This document shows, one piece after another, positions 10,455 through 19,437 of a stretch of DNA of 64,000 nt. The notes beneath the pieces are model-generated. The model did not search any database. It had not been told where the DNA came from and was given only the letters and a program-made list of their open reading frames with translations. The translations under genes were made by a program, and so were the position numbers. Numbering within the stretch: the first letter of the stretch is position 1; every line of letters starts with the position of its first letter. The DNA is from Verrucomicrobiota bacterium. Lineage in GTDB: Bacteria > Verrucomicrobiota > Kiritimatiellia > JAKQHR01. The DNA is taken from NCBI GenBank assembly GCA_029557905.1, contig JAKQHR010000072.1, positions 23,109-87,108 of the forward strand. The letters run 5' to 3'.

Positions 10455-11528
10455 TCACTTGTCCGCCATGTGAATGGTTTGCGTCGGGAAGGCGAACTCA
10501 AGACTCTCGTCATTGAACTTGCGCAGGATTTCCATGTTGATTTTGTGGCTGAAGGCCATATAGCCGAGCCAGTCGTTCTTCCCGTACCAGTAGATCACCT
10601 TGATGCCGAGTGAAAAATCATTGAAATCCGTGAAGAATACCAGAGGAGGGAATTTCGGATCCATGTATTCATGATTGTCCAGAATGTCCTTCAGGATCTG
10701 GACCGCCTTCTCCATTTTATCGGGCGGGGTGCTGTAGACCAGTCCGATGTTGAGTTCCCTCTTCAGAAACGGCCGGCGCGATATGTTGGTGATGCTCTTC
10801 ATGGACAGTTCGCCGTTCGGGACGATCACCAGATGCCCGTTTAAAAGCCTGATTTTTGTTGAACGGAATCCAACGCTTTCCACATTGCCGTCAATTCCGT
10901 CAAAAACAATGCGCTCTCCAAGTTCAAACGGCTTGTCGGCCAGGATCACGAGCGAGCCGAAAAAGTGCTGCAGGCTGTCCTTGGCGGCGAGCGCGACGGC
11001 GAGACTGCCGACCCCCAGACCGGCGAGAATGGATGTGATGGGCTTGTCGCTGAGTATCTGCGCAACCTGAATCAGCGTCAGGACCACAACGGTGATGCGC
11101 AGGGATTTGGTAACCATGGGCGCAAGAATCTCGTTCATTCTGCTGGAGGACCGCGCCGTGGCGCGCGCGAGCCCCACCTGCACGGCATCGGTCAGGCAGT
11201 AGACAATGAACCCGACCGCACAGGTGGTTAGAACCGAAACCGTGGTCGAGATCAGCTGCTGAAACTGTTCCGTATAAACAAGGAAAGACAATCCCATGCG
11301 AAAACCGAACAAAAACAGCAGGAAGACCATTCCTCTGGCTATGGCGCGAAGCAAGGCAGAAACCGCCGTCTTTTCGCGTGCCGCCATGACTTCCGATCTT
11401 TTCAGCAGCACATGGCGGAGAATTCGCCCTGTCAGCAGTGCCGCGAGCACAACCACAAAGAAACTCGCTATCCGCCAGATGCTGTTTCCGGCCAGAGTCC
11501 AGTTCATCATTTGTGTCAGTCGTTCCAT
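10455..11528 (-). CDS. mechanosensitive ion channel (MscS family)
   Basis: N-terminal TM helices, then a GDxI/V-type beta domain (GERIVFDGIDGNVESVGFRSTKIRLLNGHLVIVPNGEL) as in the MscS superfamily. Confidence 0.75.
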   Translation of the reverse strand: MERLTQMMNWTLAGNSIWRIASFFVVVLAALLTGRILRHVLLKRSEVMAAREKTAVSALLRAIARGMVFLLFLFGFRMGLSFLVYTEQFQQLISTTVSVLTTCAVGFIVYCLTDAVQVGLARATARSSSRMNEILAPMVTKSLRITVVVLTLIQVAQILSDKPITSILAGLGVGSLAVALAAKDSLQHFFGSLVILADKPFELGERIVFDGIDGNVESVGFRSTKIRLLNGHLVIVPNGELSMKSITNISRRPFLKRELNIGLVYSTPPDKMEKAVQILKDILDNHEYMDPKFPPLVFFTDFNDFSLGIKVIYWYGKNDWLGYMAFSHKINMEILRKFNDESLEFAFPTQTIHMADK

Positions 11529-11680
11529 CAGATCTCCTGTTTTTTATTCATATAAACGAAACCGGCGGATGAATATCAAGCTCTTCATGATTCGACCCTT
11601 GCCGCGAGCGGAAGAAATGCGCGGCGCAGGTGTGCAGAGAATCCCTGCCCGGAATCATGCAGTCGGTCACCGCGTTTTGT

Positions 11681-14600
11681 TTACGGGAGCGTCACCATGG
11701 TGCGGTAATAGCCCGCAGAGCCGTTGTTGGTCACAGAGAGCACAACGGCCCCTCCGGTGCCCGGCAGGTTCAGATTGAGCCGGGTCCAGTTGACCATGCT
11801 TTCCGTCAGATTCGTGCTCCAGACAACATCATAGACCCGGTCGCCTGAAGTGGGCGGGCCTGCTGTGATGTTCAGGACAGTCCTGCCGACGGCGCTGGTG
11901 ATGGTGTTCTGATAGAAGGACCCGTCATCCAGCGGATCCGTGTCGGTAATATATTCGTAATGGTTGCTCTTCCCGTCACCATCGGCATCGTCAGCCGGGT
12001 TGTTGGTCAGACTGGAAAAGCGGTTCCACTCCCAGTCGTCTCCGATGCCGTCCGCGTCCCAGTCGGCCGGCACCACAATAACTGTCGAGTTTGTCACCAC
12101 GCTGCTGGCTTCGCCCTGCCCGTCGTTCGCAACGAACACCACCAGGCTGGTCGAGCCGGCGTCCGATGCGCCGGCGGTCCATGAGAACGTCGTGCCGACA
12201 TAGGTTGCGCCTGCGGGCGCGACGGTGTTGGTCAGCGTCACCGGATCGCTGTCCGGATCGCTGGCGGTCACCTCGAAGTTCGTGTAAGCGCCGACTGGTA
12301 GAATGTGAGGCCCGGGCAGGCTGATGACCGGCGCATGGTTCTCATCCACCTCAACCAGCTTCAAGTACTGAACCAGTTCCCCGTCGTTTGTGATGGAGCC
12401 GCCGGCGGTTCCTCCGTTGAGCTGCACGAATATTCCGTCATTGTACAGCGACGCTCCGCTGATCGGCGAACCCCAGACTTCCGCGGACGCATCACTGGAG
12501 GCAAGATTGCGGACCTGATAAAGCGTTCCGGTGTCGAGACCCAGAAGATCCCACGCGCCGGTCAGATCATAGGTGGCGGAAGCTCCGGTGTGCGCCTCGC
12601 CGTGCCGGAACATCAGCGCAAAGGCCAGCACGACATCCTTGTCGTTCGGCGAAGCATAGGGTTCTTCATATTTCGCCACCGCGAGGATCCTTCCTTCTTC
12701 ACCGCCGCCAACCTTGCTCAAGAAATACCGGTTCTGACTCTGAAGCGCGGGGCTGTTCAAGCGGGCCCAGTTCACGCGGCCGTACCACTGCGCAAGGCCT
12801 TCGGCATTCGGCGGCGGATTCGACCAGACCATGAGCTGGTTCCACTGCTTGAAGTGCGGAATGAACTTGCCGAAGTTTTCCTCATGATCGGTGCGGAAAC
12901 CGTCATAGTACCAGTAGGAGGGGTCGGCATTGTAGTTCTGAATGCCCTGTTCCTGTCCGTAGAAGATCATCGGGATGCCGTCCACGGTCGAAACCGCTCC
13001 GTAGCGGCTGGCGACCAGCCAGCAGTCGTTGTCGGGCAGGACTTCATCGTGCGATGTCAGATTCAGAAGCACCGCGCCGCCGTTATATGCATTGCGCCGG
13101 TCTTCGAGGGCGGAGCGGACCGACCACGAATCGTTGATTTGCGCCTGCGTGAACTGGAAAACCAGGTTTTCATTAAGCACATCAAAATGGCGGTTCGACC
13201 GGTATCCGGGTTTGCCGCCGTCCAGCGTTTCGGCCATGAAAATGAAATTCCATTTCATGGAGCGCGTGCGGTTGATGATGTACTCCCAGGTTTGCGGCGG
13301 GAGCCCCTGCCCGAAGTCGCAGCGGAGCCCGTCAATGCCCCGGTCATCGTCGGCCCGCACAAAGGTGTTGGTGCCGGAATGACCGGTCTTCTTCAGCCAG
13401 TACTCCGTGTAGTATCCGAAATATTTCCACAGATCGATGGTGTCCGCGGACATGCCCGTGTAATCGTAGACATCGTCCTCATTCAGATAATCCCCGTTGT
13501 TGTCGGGATTGTGGCGCACCAGAGCGGAATATTTTCCAAAATAGAATTCGGCCACATCCGCCCATTTGCCGAAATCGCCGCGGTCGGGCGCGGTGGCGAA
13601 ATCGTTGCTGTAGACTGAATGATAATACGTGGCCGGCTCGCCATAGTCGGTCCACAGGGCATACCAGCCGGGCTTGAACCAGCCGATGTGATCGTTTTTG
13701 TTCGTGCAGAATCCCAGATCGAGACCGCCCTGCCCCATGACCGCGTCCCAGGCCGTGTGATTGAACACGCCGTCCAGCATCACGTTCACGGTGCCCACGG
13801 AACCGGTATAGGCATCACACGCGGCCACGAAATTCGTGAACTCCGCCAGCGCGCCCGTTTCCGTTCCGTCCGCGCCGAGATAGGGCGACACGGCATAATA
13901 GTCGCGTGTCGCATAGGGGCTGCCCGGCTCGTATTCGGAGGGGTCGCCCCGGAAGGTCTCCGCGCTGGGATGGATCGGCTGGAACCACAGGCAGTTGGCC
14001 TGGATGTAATTGAGATATTCAAGATTGAACGGGTCGAAGCCGTCGGTGTCGCCTTCCGAGGAGCCCAGCAGGTCGCGGAAGGTGCTGCGGCCCGCCTCGT
14101 CATTATACGTCGCCTCAACAGTCAGAGGGTTGAGTTCGTACATCGTCATCTCCAGCACTTTTTTCGGGGAAACGACGACGGCGTGATCCCGGCGGCCTGC
14201 GGATGAATACCAGTGCCAGGAGCCGGCCGCCATGCCGTTGGTTGAATATCGCGCCGTAAGGCGGTACGCCCCGCACCTGCTCACCGTGCCGGTCCAGACA
14301 TAGGCCCCGCCGCCGACAGGCGTCATCGGATACGCCCTGAAATACGCGCCCGTGTCGTTGGTGGTGATCAGATCGCCCGAAGGCGGCCTGATCCCGTCCG
14401 GAACGCCGTCAGTGTTGTAGTCCGCATCCGCATAGTCGCGCCGGTCGAGATTTGAAAATATCTCCACCTTGTCAAGGTTCAGCGCGCCGGGAACATACGT
14501 CACAACTATCTGCTCCGTGTCGCCGTTCACTTCATCAATGAAGAACTTGGTCGTGGTGTAATCCGCATTGAGCGTGCCCACGGTGAGCTGCTGGGCCCCC

Positions 14601-16195
14601 GCGGTTCCGATTGCGAACGAGAACGTATTGCTGGCTGTTCCCGCTGTGCCGTAGTCGGCATAACGCTCGGTGTCGTTCGTGGTTTTCCACGCGCCGATCT
14701 TGTACTTGATGGTCGTCAGGGACGGCAGGCCGGTCGCGGTTCCCTGCCACCACATGGCGTCGGCATCGGGATAGCTGTCCTCCTCCATGTGATCGAAACT
14801 CATCGCCACGACCTTTGTGGAGGCATTGCCCGCCGCGCCGTAATGCCCGTGCGGCTCGGTGCCGTTGGTGGTGTAATAAACGGCCGCATAATCGGCCCAC
14901 CGGTTGGTGCCGATGCCCTGCGCATAGCCGATCTTGGCCCAGAACTGGGCGCTGGTTCCCGACACCACGCGGTTGTCCGCATGCCAGACAAATTCAGGCG
15001 ACTGCCCGGCGGCGGACGAATAGGTGAAAGTGAAGGGATTGCCCTGCGCGTCACCGGCATCGGCAAAGGTCAGGCTGGAAGCTCCGCTGTTCGTGGTGCC
15101 GATCCAGGTGTCGTCATGATCGTTGTACGTAATGAGCAGATAATACTGCACCTCATCGGATGCCGCATAGGTTCCGGCCGGAATCAGGCCGACCCAGTAC
15201 TTGTTGTTCGAGTCCACGCTGTCAAAGGAAAGACTGTTCGAACTCCACGAGCCGGCGTCCGTCTTTTTATGGAAGAGCCAGCCGCCCGTCTGGTCGCCGG
15301 GATTGCCCGCCCCCTGATACTGGCTGCCGTTGTATATGTAGACCGCCTGATTTGTGGAGGGATCTCCGGCCGGATTGCGCATGGTCGCGGTGAAGGGCTC
15401 TGTGTTCGTCGGGATATGCCAGCAGTTTCCGAGATTGGCCGGAGGAGTTCCAACCGAATACTGGTAGTTTGTGGCGCCGGATTTCTTCCCGCGCAGCGTG
15501 CACAGATCAAAATCGGCCGTGATGATATTGGAAGGCATGGTTGAGGTCAGAACATAATACTCAATGACTGACCCCGTCGGACTGGCCGGAATCGCGGCGG
15601 TGTAGTTCGTGGAGCTTCCGGCGGCCTGCGCCGTGAGGTAACTGTTCGTCCATGCGTTCTTCGTGTAGCGCACCCAGACATTCTCCTGCGCGCTTTTGGC
15701 CGCGCTGAGCTGGATGGTGACCGTCACCGCATTGGTGGCGGCCGTGTCATGATTGTCGGAGACCGCCAGCACCGATACCGGGCTGCCCTCCGTTCCCATG
15801 ATAACATAGGGCCGGTCCCACCACTCATATGTTCCCTTCAGGTTGAACGTGTACCGCCATCCGCTGGTTTCGCTGAAGGAAAGATCGGAGGGGTCGCCGC
15901 CGTCATTGATGCGGGCCTGGCCGATGGTGGAGTTGACGGCGGCGTTGGTTGAGTAGGCGGCCTTGTATCCCCACTGCGGATTCCAGTTGCCGCTTTGATC
16001 AAACTTGAGGCCGGATGTCGCCCGCGTGGCCGTGGAAGTGATGGTGACCTTGTAGATGCTCCCGAAATCGGTGTCGGCGGTCATCCAGTTGGTGCCCCAC
16101 CCGTTGATGTCGCCGCGCGGGGTTTCGGCAAAAAGCCCCTGAACCGCGCAGAACGCCGCTGTCAAAACAACATGCCGCAGTGCCCTCTTTTTCAT
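11681..16195 (-). CDS. secreted multidomain glycoside hydrolase family 13 enzyme (alpha-amylase/pullulanase-like, about 1500 aa)
   Basis: GH13 catalytic signatures NVMLDGVFNHTAWD and GIDGLRCDFGQGLP...FMAETLDG. Long flanking beta-rich regions are probably carbohydrate-binding or Ig-like modules. The C-terminus has Asp-rich DxDxDG-type repeats. The start is set at ATG 16195 (MKKRALRHVVLTAAFCAVQGLFA signal peptide) rather than the TTG at 16339 called by the ORF track. Confidence 0.8.
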   Translation of the reverse strand: MKKRALRHVVLTAAFCAVQGLFAETPRGDINGWGTNWMTADTDFGSIYKVTITSTATRATSGLKFDQSGNWNPQWGYKAAYSTNAAVNSTIGQARINDGGDPSDLSFSETSGWRYTFNLKGTYEWWDRPYVIMGTEGSPVSVLAVSDNHDTAATNAVTVTIQLSAAKSAQENVWVRYTKNAWTNSYLTAQAAGSSTNYTAAIPASPTGSVIEYYVLTSTMPSNIITADFDLCTLRGKKSGATNYQYSVGTPPANLGNCWHIPTNTEPFTATMRNPAGDPSTNQAVYIYNGSQYQGAGNPGDQTGGWLFHKKTDAGSWSSNSLSFDSVDSNNKYWVGLIPAGTYAASDEVQYYLLITYNDHDDTWIGTTNSGASSLTFADAGDAQGNPFTFTYSSAAGQSPEFVWHADNRVVSGTSAQFWAKIGYAQGIGTNRWADYAAVYYTTNGTEPHGHYGAAGNASTKVVAMSFDHMEEDSYPDADAMWWQGTATGLPSLTTIKYKIGAWKTTNDTERYADYGTAGTASNTFSFAIGTAGAQQLTVGTLNADYTTTKFFIDEVNGDTEQIVVTYVPGALNLDKVEIFSNLDRRDYADADYNTDGVPDGIRPPSGDLITTNDTGAYFRAYPMTPVGGGAYVWTGTVSRCGAYRLTARYSTNGMAAGSWHWYSSAGRRDHAVVVSPKKVLEMTMYELNPLTVEATYNDEAGRSTFRDLLGSSEGDTDGFDPFNLEYLNYIQANCLWFQPIHPSAETFRGDPSEYEPGSPYATRDYYAVSPYLGADGTETGALAEFTNFVAACDAYTGSVGTVNVMLDGVFNHTAWDAVMGQGGLDLGFCTNKNDHIGWFKPGWYALWTDYGEPATYYHSVYSNDFATAPDRGDFGKWADVAEFYFGKYSALVRHNPDNNGDYLNEDDVYDYTGMSADTIDLWKYFGYYTEYWLKKTGHSGTNTFVRADDDRGIDGLRCDFGQGLPPQTWEYIINRTRSMKWNFIFMAETLDGGKPGYRSNRHFDVLNENLVFQFTQAQINDSWSVRSALEDRRNAYNGGAVLLNLTSHDEVLPDNDCWLVASRYGAVSTVDGIPMIFYGQEQGIQNYNADPSYWYYDGFRTDHEENFGKFIPHFKQWNQLMVWSNPPPNAEGLAQWYGRVNWARLNSPALQSQNRYFLSKVGGGEEGRILAVAKYEEPYASPNDKDVVLAFALMFRHGEAHTGASATYDLTGAWDLLGLDTGTLYQVRNLASSDASAEVWGSPISGASLYNDGIFVQLNGGTAGGSITNDGELVQYLKLVEVDENHAPVISLPGPHILPVGAYTNFEVTASDPDSDPVTLTNTVAPAGATYVGTTFSWTAGASDAGSTSLVVFVANDGQGEASSVVTNSTVIVVPADWDADGIGDDWEWNRFSSLTNNPADDADGDGKSNHYEYITDTDPLDDGSFYQNTITSAVGRTVLNITAGPPTSGDRVYDVVWSTNLTESMVNWTRLNLNLPGTGGAVVLSVTNNGSAGYYRTMVTLP

Positions 16196-16340
16196 AATGA
16201 TTCCGTCTCCCGCTGATCCTCTGGAACTACTGTCCACAAGATGCATCAAAAACGGACAGTCTTCAAACCTAATCCGCGAGCATCTCGCGGGATCACCGGG
16301 ACTAAATCTGCCGGACCGCTTCCGCCTGCCGTGATGCAAA

Positions 16341-16364
16341 ATAGTACTAATTTAGTACTATTTA
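16341..16364. promoter_or_regulatory. predicted operator: AT-rich palindrome ATAGTACTA-att-TAGTACTATTTA (11-3-11 with flanks), second copy of the rrf2-promoter motif
   Basis: 21 of 24 positions match the motif at 62466-62489. Perfect inverted repeat AAATAGTACTA/TAGTACTATTT. It lies in the divergent GH13/acd intergenic region. Confidence 0.55.
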
Positions 16365-16486
16365 GATCCGCACGGTGCAGTTTTGCATTTTCCCGCGCGC
16401 GCCCCCTTCATTTCCCCTTTTTTTTCATTTTTCGCGGCCGCAAGTGCCGCCGGGCTGATATTTTCATGAAAATTCGAAAATTCAAG

Positions 16487-16600
16487 GATTTTTGGCCTTT
16501 TTTGACGTTTTTGGGCCGATTTTTGGTCATTTTTTGCATTTTTTGGACGTTTTGGGGCTGTTTTTCGCGTTTTTTTGAGTTTTTTACATGGTATGGCCGC
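16487..16600. repeat. phased T-tract element (about 10 T5-7 tracts at 10-11 bp period; predicted intrinsically curved DNA), copy 1
   Basis: atttttggcc ttttttgacg tttttgggccg atttttggtc attttttgc attttttggacg ttttggggctg tttttcgcg tttttttgag ttttttaca. A core of about 40 bp is nearly identical to the element at 27.3 kb. It is immediately upstream of acd. Confidence 0.7.
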
Positions 16601-16662
16601 CGGGGCAATCGTTGCGTGAAAATAGTTTTTTGTGTATAAAAGAAGGTCAGGAAGTCGGGTGC

Positions 16663-18750
16663 ATGATGCCAAGCGGAAAAACTGCAGAAGGACCGCGTCG
16701 CAAGAACCTGGACGGGCTTTTCAAACCCCGGAGCGTGGCCATGGTCGGGGCGTCAGCCGATCCCCATAAAATCGGCCACCAGATTTTGAGAAATATCGTC
16801 GAAGGCGGTTTTGCCGGAGAGGTGTATCCCGTCAATGCCTGCGCCGAGGCCGTTCTGGGCCTGAAGACTTTTCCTTCCGTTGCGGCCATCCCCCACCCGG
16901 TTGATTTCGCCGTGATTTCCATCCCCGCAACCGCCGTCGCCGCCTGCATGGAGGAATGCGGACAGAAAGGCGTTCAGGCGGTCGCCGTGATCACTTCCGG
17001 ATTCGCGGAGGCGGGCAACATTGAAGAGGAGCACAAGCTCAAGGCGATTGCGGACCGGTACGGCATGGCGCTGGTCGGGCCCAATATTCTCGGCGTGGTC
17101 TATTCCCCCTCCCGGCTCAACGCGACCTTCGGCCCGCGCGACATGGCCAGCGGCGGCACGGCCTTTGTCTCCCAGAGCGGCGCGCTGGCCATCGGCCTGA
17201 TGGGCTGGGCGGTGATGGAGAAGATGGGCATGAGCGCGCTGGTCAGCATCGGCAACAAGGCCGATGTGGATGAGCGGGATCTGATTGAGTACTTCAATCA
17301 TGATGAACACGTGAAGGTGACCCTCGTTTATATGGAAGGCCTGAAGAACGGGCGCGATTTCATGCAGACCAGAATCAGCAAGCCGGTCGTGATGCTGAAA
17401 GTCGGGCGCACGCAGCGCGGCGCCAGGGCCGCGGCCTCGCACACCGGGTCGCTCGCGGGTTCGGATCAGGTCTTTGACGCCGCCTTCCGCCAGCTCGGGA
17501 TGCTCCGCGCGGACACATTCCGCGAGGCGTTCAACTGGGCCCGGGCGCTTGCCCTGCCCCCGATGCCCGGCAGGAAGGTGCTGATCATCACCAATGGCGG
17601 CGGGATCGGCGTCCGCGCCACGGACGAATGCGAGAAGGCGGGGCTGCACCTTCTGGATGATCCCGAATGGCTGGAAGAAACATTCCGGCCCGTCATGCCG
17701 TCCTACGGGAGCACGAAAAATCCAATTGATCTCACCGGCGGGGCCGCGGCGGACAAATACAGCCAGGCCTTCAAGTCCGCGGTGATCTCCGACAAGTTCG
17801 ATGCGCTGCTTGTGCTCTACTGCGAGACGGTGATCACCGACCCGCTGGCCATTGCGCAGGGGGTTTCCCGGGAATATGAGGCCGCAGGCCGCCGCAAGCC
17901 CGTCGTGGCCGCCATGGTCGGCGGAGAACGCTCGCGGCAGGCCATTCATTTCCTGAATCAGCAGGGCGTTCCCGCCTTCACATCCGTGGCCGATGCGGCC
18001 TCATCGCTGAACGCCCTGGCCCAATGGCATGAAATCTCCAGCCGCGAGAAAGATGATCCGGAGTGCTCCCAGGCGCCCCGGGAGGCCGTCAGGATTGTTG
18101 AGCAGGCCCGAAAAGAGGGCCGTTCCGCCCTGCTCGAGCACGAGGCGCGGCAGGTGCTGGAACTCTGCGGCGTTCCCGTGCCGCCCGCGGCTTTCGCGCG
18201 CGATCTGGATGAGGCGAAGCTTAAGGCCGCAGCGCTTTATCCGCTGGCGATGAAGATTGCCTCGCCGCAGATCATTCACAAAAGCGATGCCGGCGGAGTG
18301 GCCGTCAACATCCGGGACGAAAGCGAGCTGGCTGAAAAATACAGCGCCATGATGAAAACCGTTTCGGAGCGCGTCCCGGATGCGCAGATCGAGGGCGTGA
18401 ACCTTGTGCAGATGGCGGAGGGAATCGAATGCGCGGCGGGGCTGAGCAGCGATCCGCAGTTCGGGCCCGTGGTCATGTTCGGGCTGGGCGGCGTGCTGGT
18501 GGAGGCGCTGAAAGACGTGGCCTTCCGGATTGTGCCCTTCGGCCGCGTGGAGGCCGAACGCCTGATTGGCGACATCAAAGCCCGGAACATACTCGACGGA
18601 TTCCGGGGGGCCAGGGCGGACCGGCCCTCGCTGGTGCAAATCCTGTGCGCCATCCAGAAACTGGCGGGTCTTGTGAAGGAAGTGGACATCAACCCGATCC
18701 GCTCAAGTGAAAAAGGCAGTTTCGCCGTGGATGCCCGGATTATTCTCTAG
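16663..18750 (+). CDS. acetate--CoA ligase (ADP-forming), fused alpha/beta subunits (NDP-forming acyl-CoA synthetase family)
   Basis: N-terminal CoA-binding domain (PRSVAMVGASADPHKIGHQILRNI), succinyl-CoA synthetase-like His domain (ASHTGSLAGS) and C-terminal ATP-grasp. The start is set at MMPSGKT (atg at 16663). Confidence 0.75.
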   Translation: MMPSGKTAEGPRRKNLDGLFKPRSVAMVGASADPHKIGHQILRNIVEGGFAGEVYPVNACAEAVLGLKTFPSVAAIPHPVDFAVISIPATAVAACMEECGQKGVQAVAVITSGFAEAGNIEEEHKLKAIADRYGMALVGPNILGVVYSPSRLNATFGPRDMASGGTAFVSQSGALAIGLMGWAVMEKMGMSALVSIGNKADVDERDLIEYFNHDEHVKVTLVYMEGLKNGRDFMQTRISKPVVMLKVGRTQRGARAAASHTGSLAGSDQVFDAAFRQLGMLRADTFREAFNWARALALPPMPGRKVLIITNGGGIGVRATDECEKAGLHLLDDPEWLEETFRPVMPSYGSTKNPIDLTGGAAADKYSQAFKSAVISDKFDALLVLYCETVITDPLAIAQGVSREYEAAGRRKPVVAAMVGGERSRQAIHFLNQQGVPAFTSVADAASSLNALAQWHEISSREKDDPECSQAPREAVRIVEQARKEGRSALLEHEARQVLELCGVPVPPAAFARDLDEAKLKAAALYPLAMKIASPQIIHKSDAGGVAVNIRDESELAEKYSAMMKTVSERVPDAQIEGVNLVQMAEGIECAAGLSSDPQFGPVVMFGLGGVLVEALKDVAFRIVPFGRVEAERLIGDIKARNILDGFRGARADRPSLVQILCAIQKLAGLVKEVDINPIRSSEKGSFAVDARIIL

Positions 18751-18779
18751 AGCATATTAAGAAAAAGTGTAGCCACATC

Positions 18780-18941
18780 TGGAGGGCGGAGCTCCGCGAC
18801 GCCGCTCGGGAGCTATGTCGGGCAAGCCGCGACGCCGCATCAAGACGGTCTCGCAGAGCTCGACCCTCCATTTTTGATGGAGAGTTTTGCTCCGTCAAAA
18901 CCGTTTCCTGTTCATTCGGTCTCGCAGAGCTCGACCCTCCA
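18780..18941. repeat. imperfect long inverted repeat (about 24-nt arms, about 40-nt loop) plus a second direct copy of the right arm (GGTCTCGCAGAGCTCGACCCTCCA x2)
   Basis: Left arm tggagggcggagctccgcgacgcc pairs with ggtctcgcagagctcgaccctcca at 18847-18870. The right arm is repeated at 18918-18941. Located between convergent acd and sufU. Confidence 0.5.
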
Positions 18942-19008
18942 GCTCAGCGGAGCAGGCACAACGGATGGGAATATTTTCATGGCCTCAGCATTTCTGAAAA
19001 TGCGCCAG

Positions 19009-19437
19009 TCAGGCGGACAGCTTGTCCAGGGCCTTTGAGAGGGCCTGCCAGCAGAGGCCGGCGCATTTGACGCGCACCGGAAAATCACGCACGCTCCTGA
19101 GCACCGCGAGATCCCCCAGAGATTCGTCCGACGGGTCGCACGTCCCCTGCACCATCCCGAGAAATTCCGAAATCATGGCGCGGGCCTCCGAGGGAGTTTT
19201 CCCCAGCACCCGTTCCGTCATCATGGAGCAGGAGGAAGTGCTGATTGCGCATCCGCGCCCGTCGAACCGGATGCTGGAAATCCTGTCGCCCTGCAGTTCA
19301 ACTCGAAGCCGGAAATGATCCCCGCAGGTCGGGTTTTCATCCTCCACGGTGGCCTCTTCATCGCTCACGGGGCCGAAGTTCTGCGGTTTCTTGAAGTGCC
19401 TGAGGATCACTTCACGATAAAGGTCTTCAAAGGCCAT
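19009..19437 (-). CDS. sufU: SUF-type Fe-S cluster assembly sulfur acceptor (SufU/NifU-like)
   Basis: MAFEDLYREVILRHFKKPQNFG...NPTCGD...GRGCAISTSS matches the SufU/IscU family. The start is set at MAFEDLY (Met21 of ORF 19009..19497). Confidence 0.7.
   Translation of the reverse strand: MAFEDLYREVILRHFKKPQNFGPVSDEEATVEDENPTCGDHFRLRVELQGDRISSIRFDGRGCAISTSSCSMMTERVLGKTPSEARAMISEFLGMVQGTCDPSDESLGDLAVLRSVRDFPVRVKCAGLCWQALSKALDKLSA

Noticed and set aside
11681-16339. TTG-initiated N-terminal extension of the GH13 gene (MHHGRRKRSG...)
   Set aside because: The extension is Arg/Ser-rich and non-hydrophobic. ATG at 16195 gives a textbook signal peptide. The extension would also run into the palindromic operator.
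16241-16672. Three overlapping ORFs (16241..16639 +, 16358..16672 -, 16408..16608 -) with Phe/Lys-rich low-complexity translations
   Set aside because: They are translations of the phased T-tract repeat and the AT-rich operator region. There is no coding periodicity. The same pattern appears non-coding at 27.3 kb.
18866-18885. ctccat-ttttg-atggag hairpin as an acd terminator
   Set aside because: It has only a 6-bp AT-rich stem and is 115 bp from the stop. It is subsumed in the larger inverted-repeat observation.
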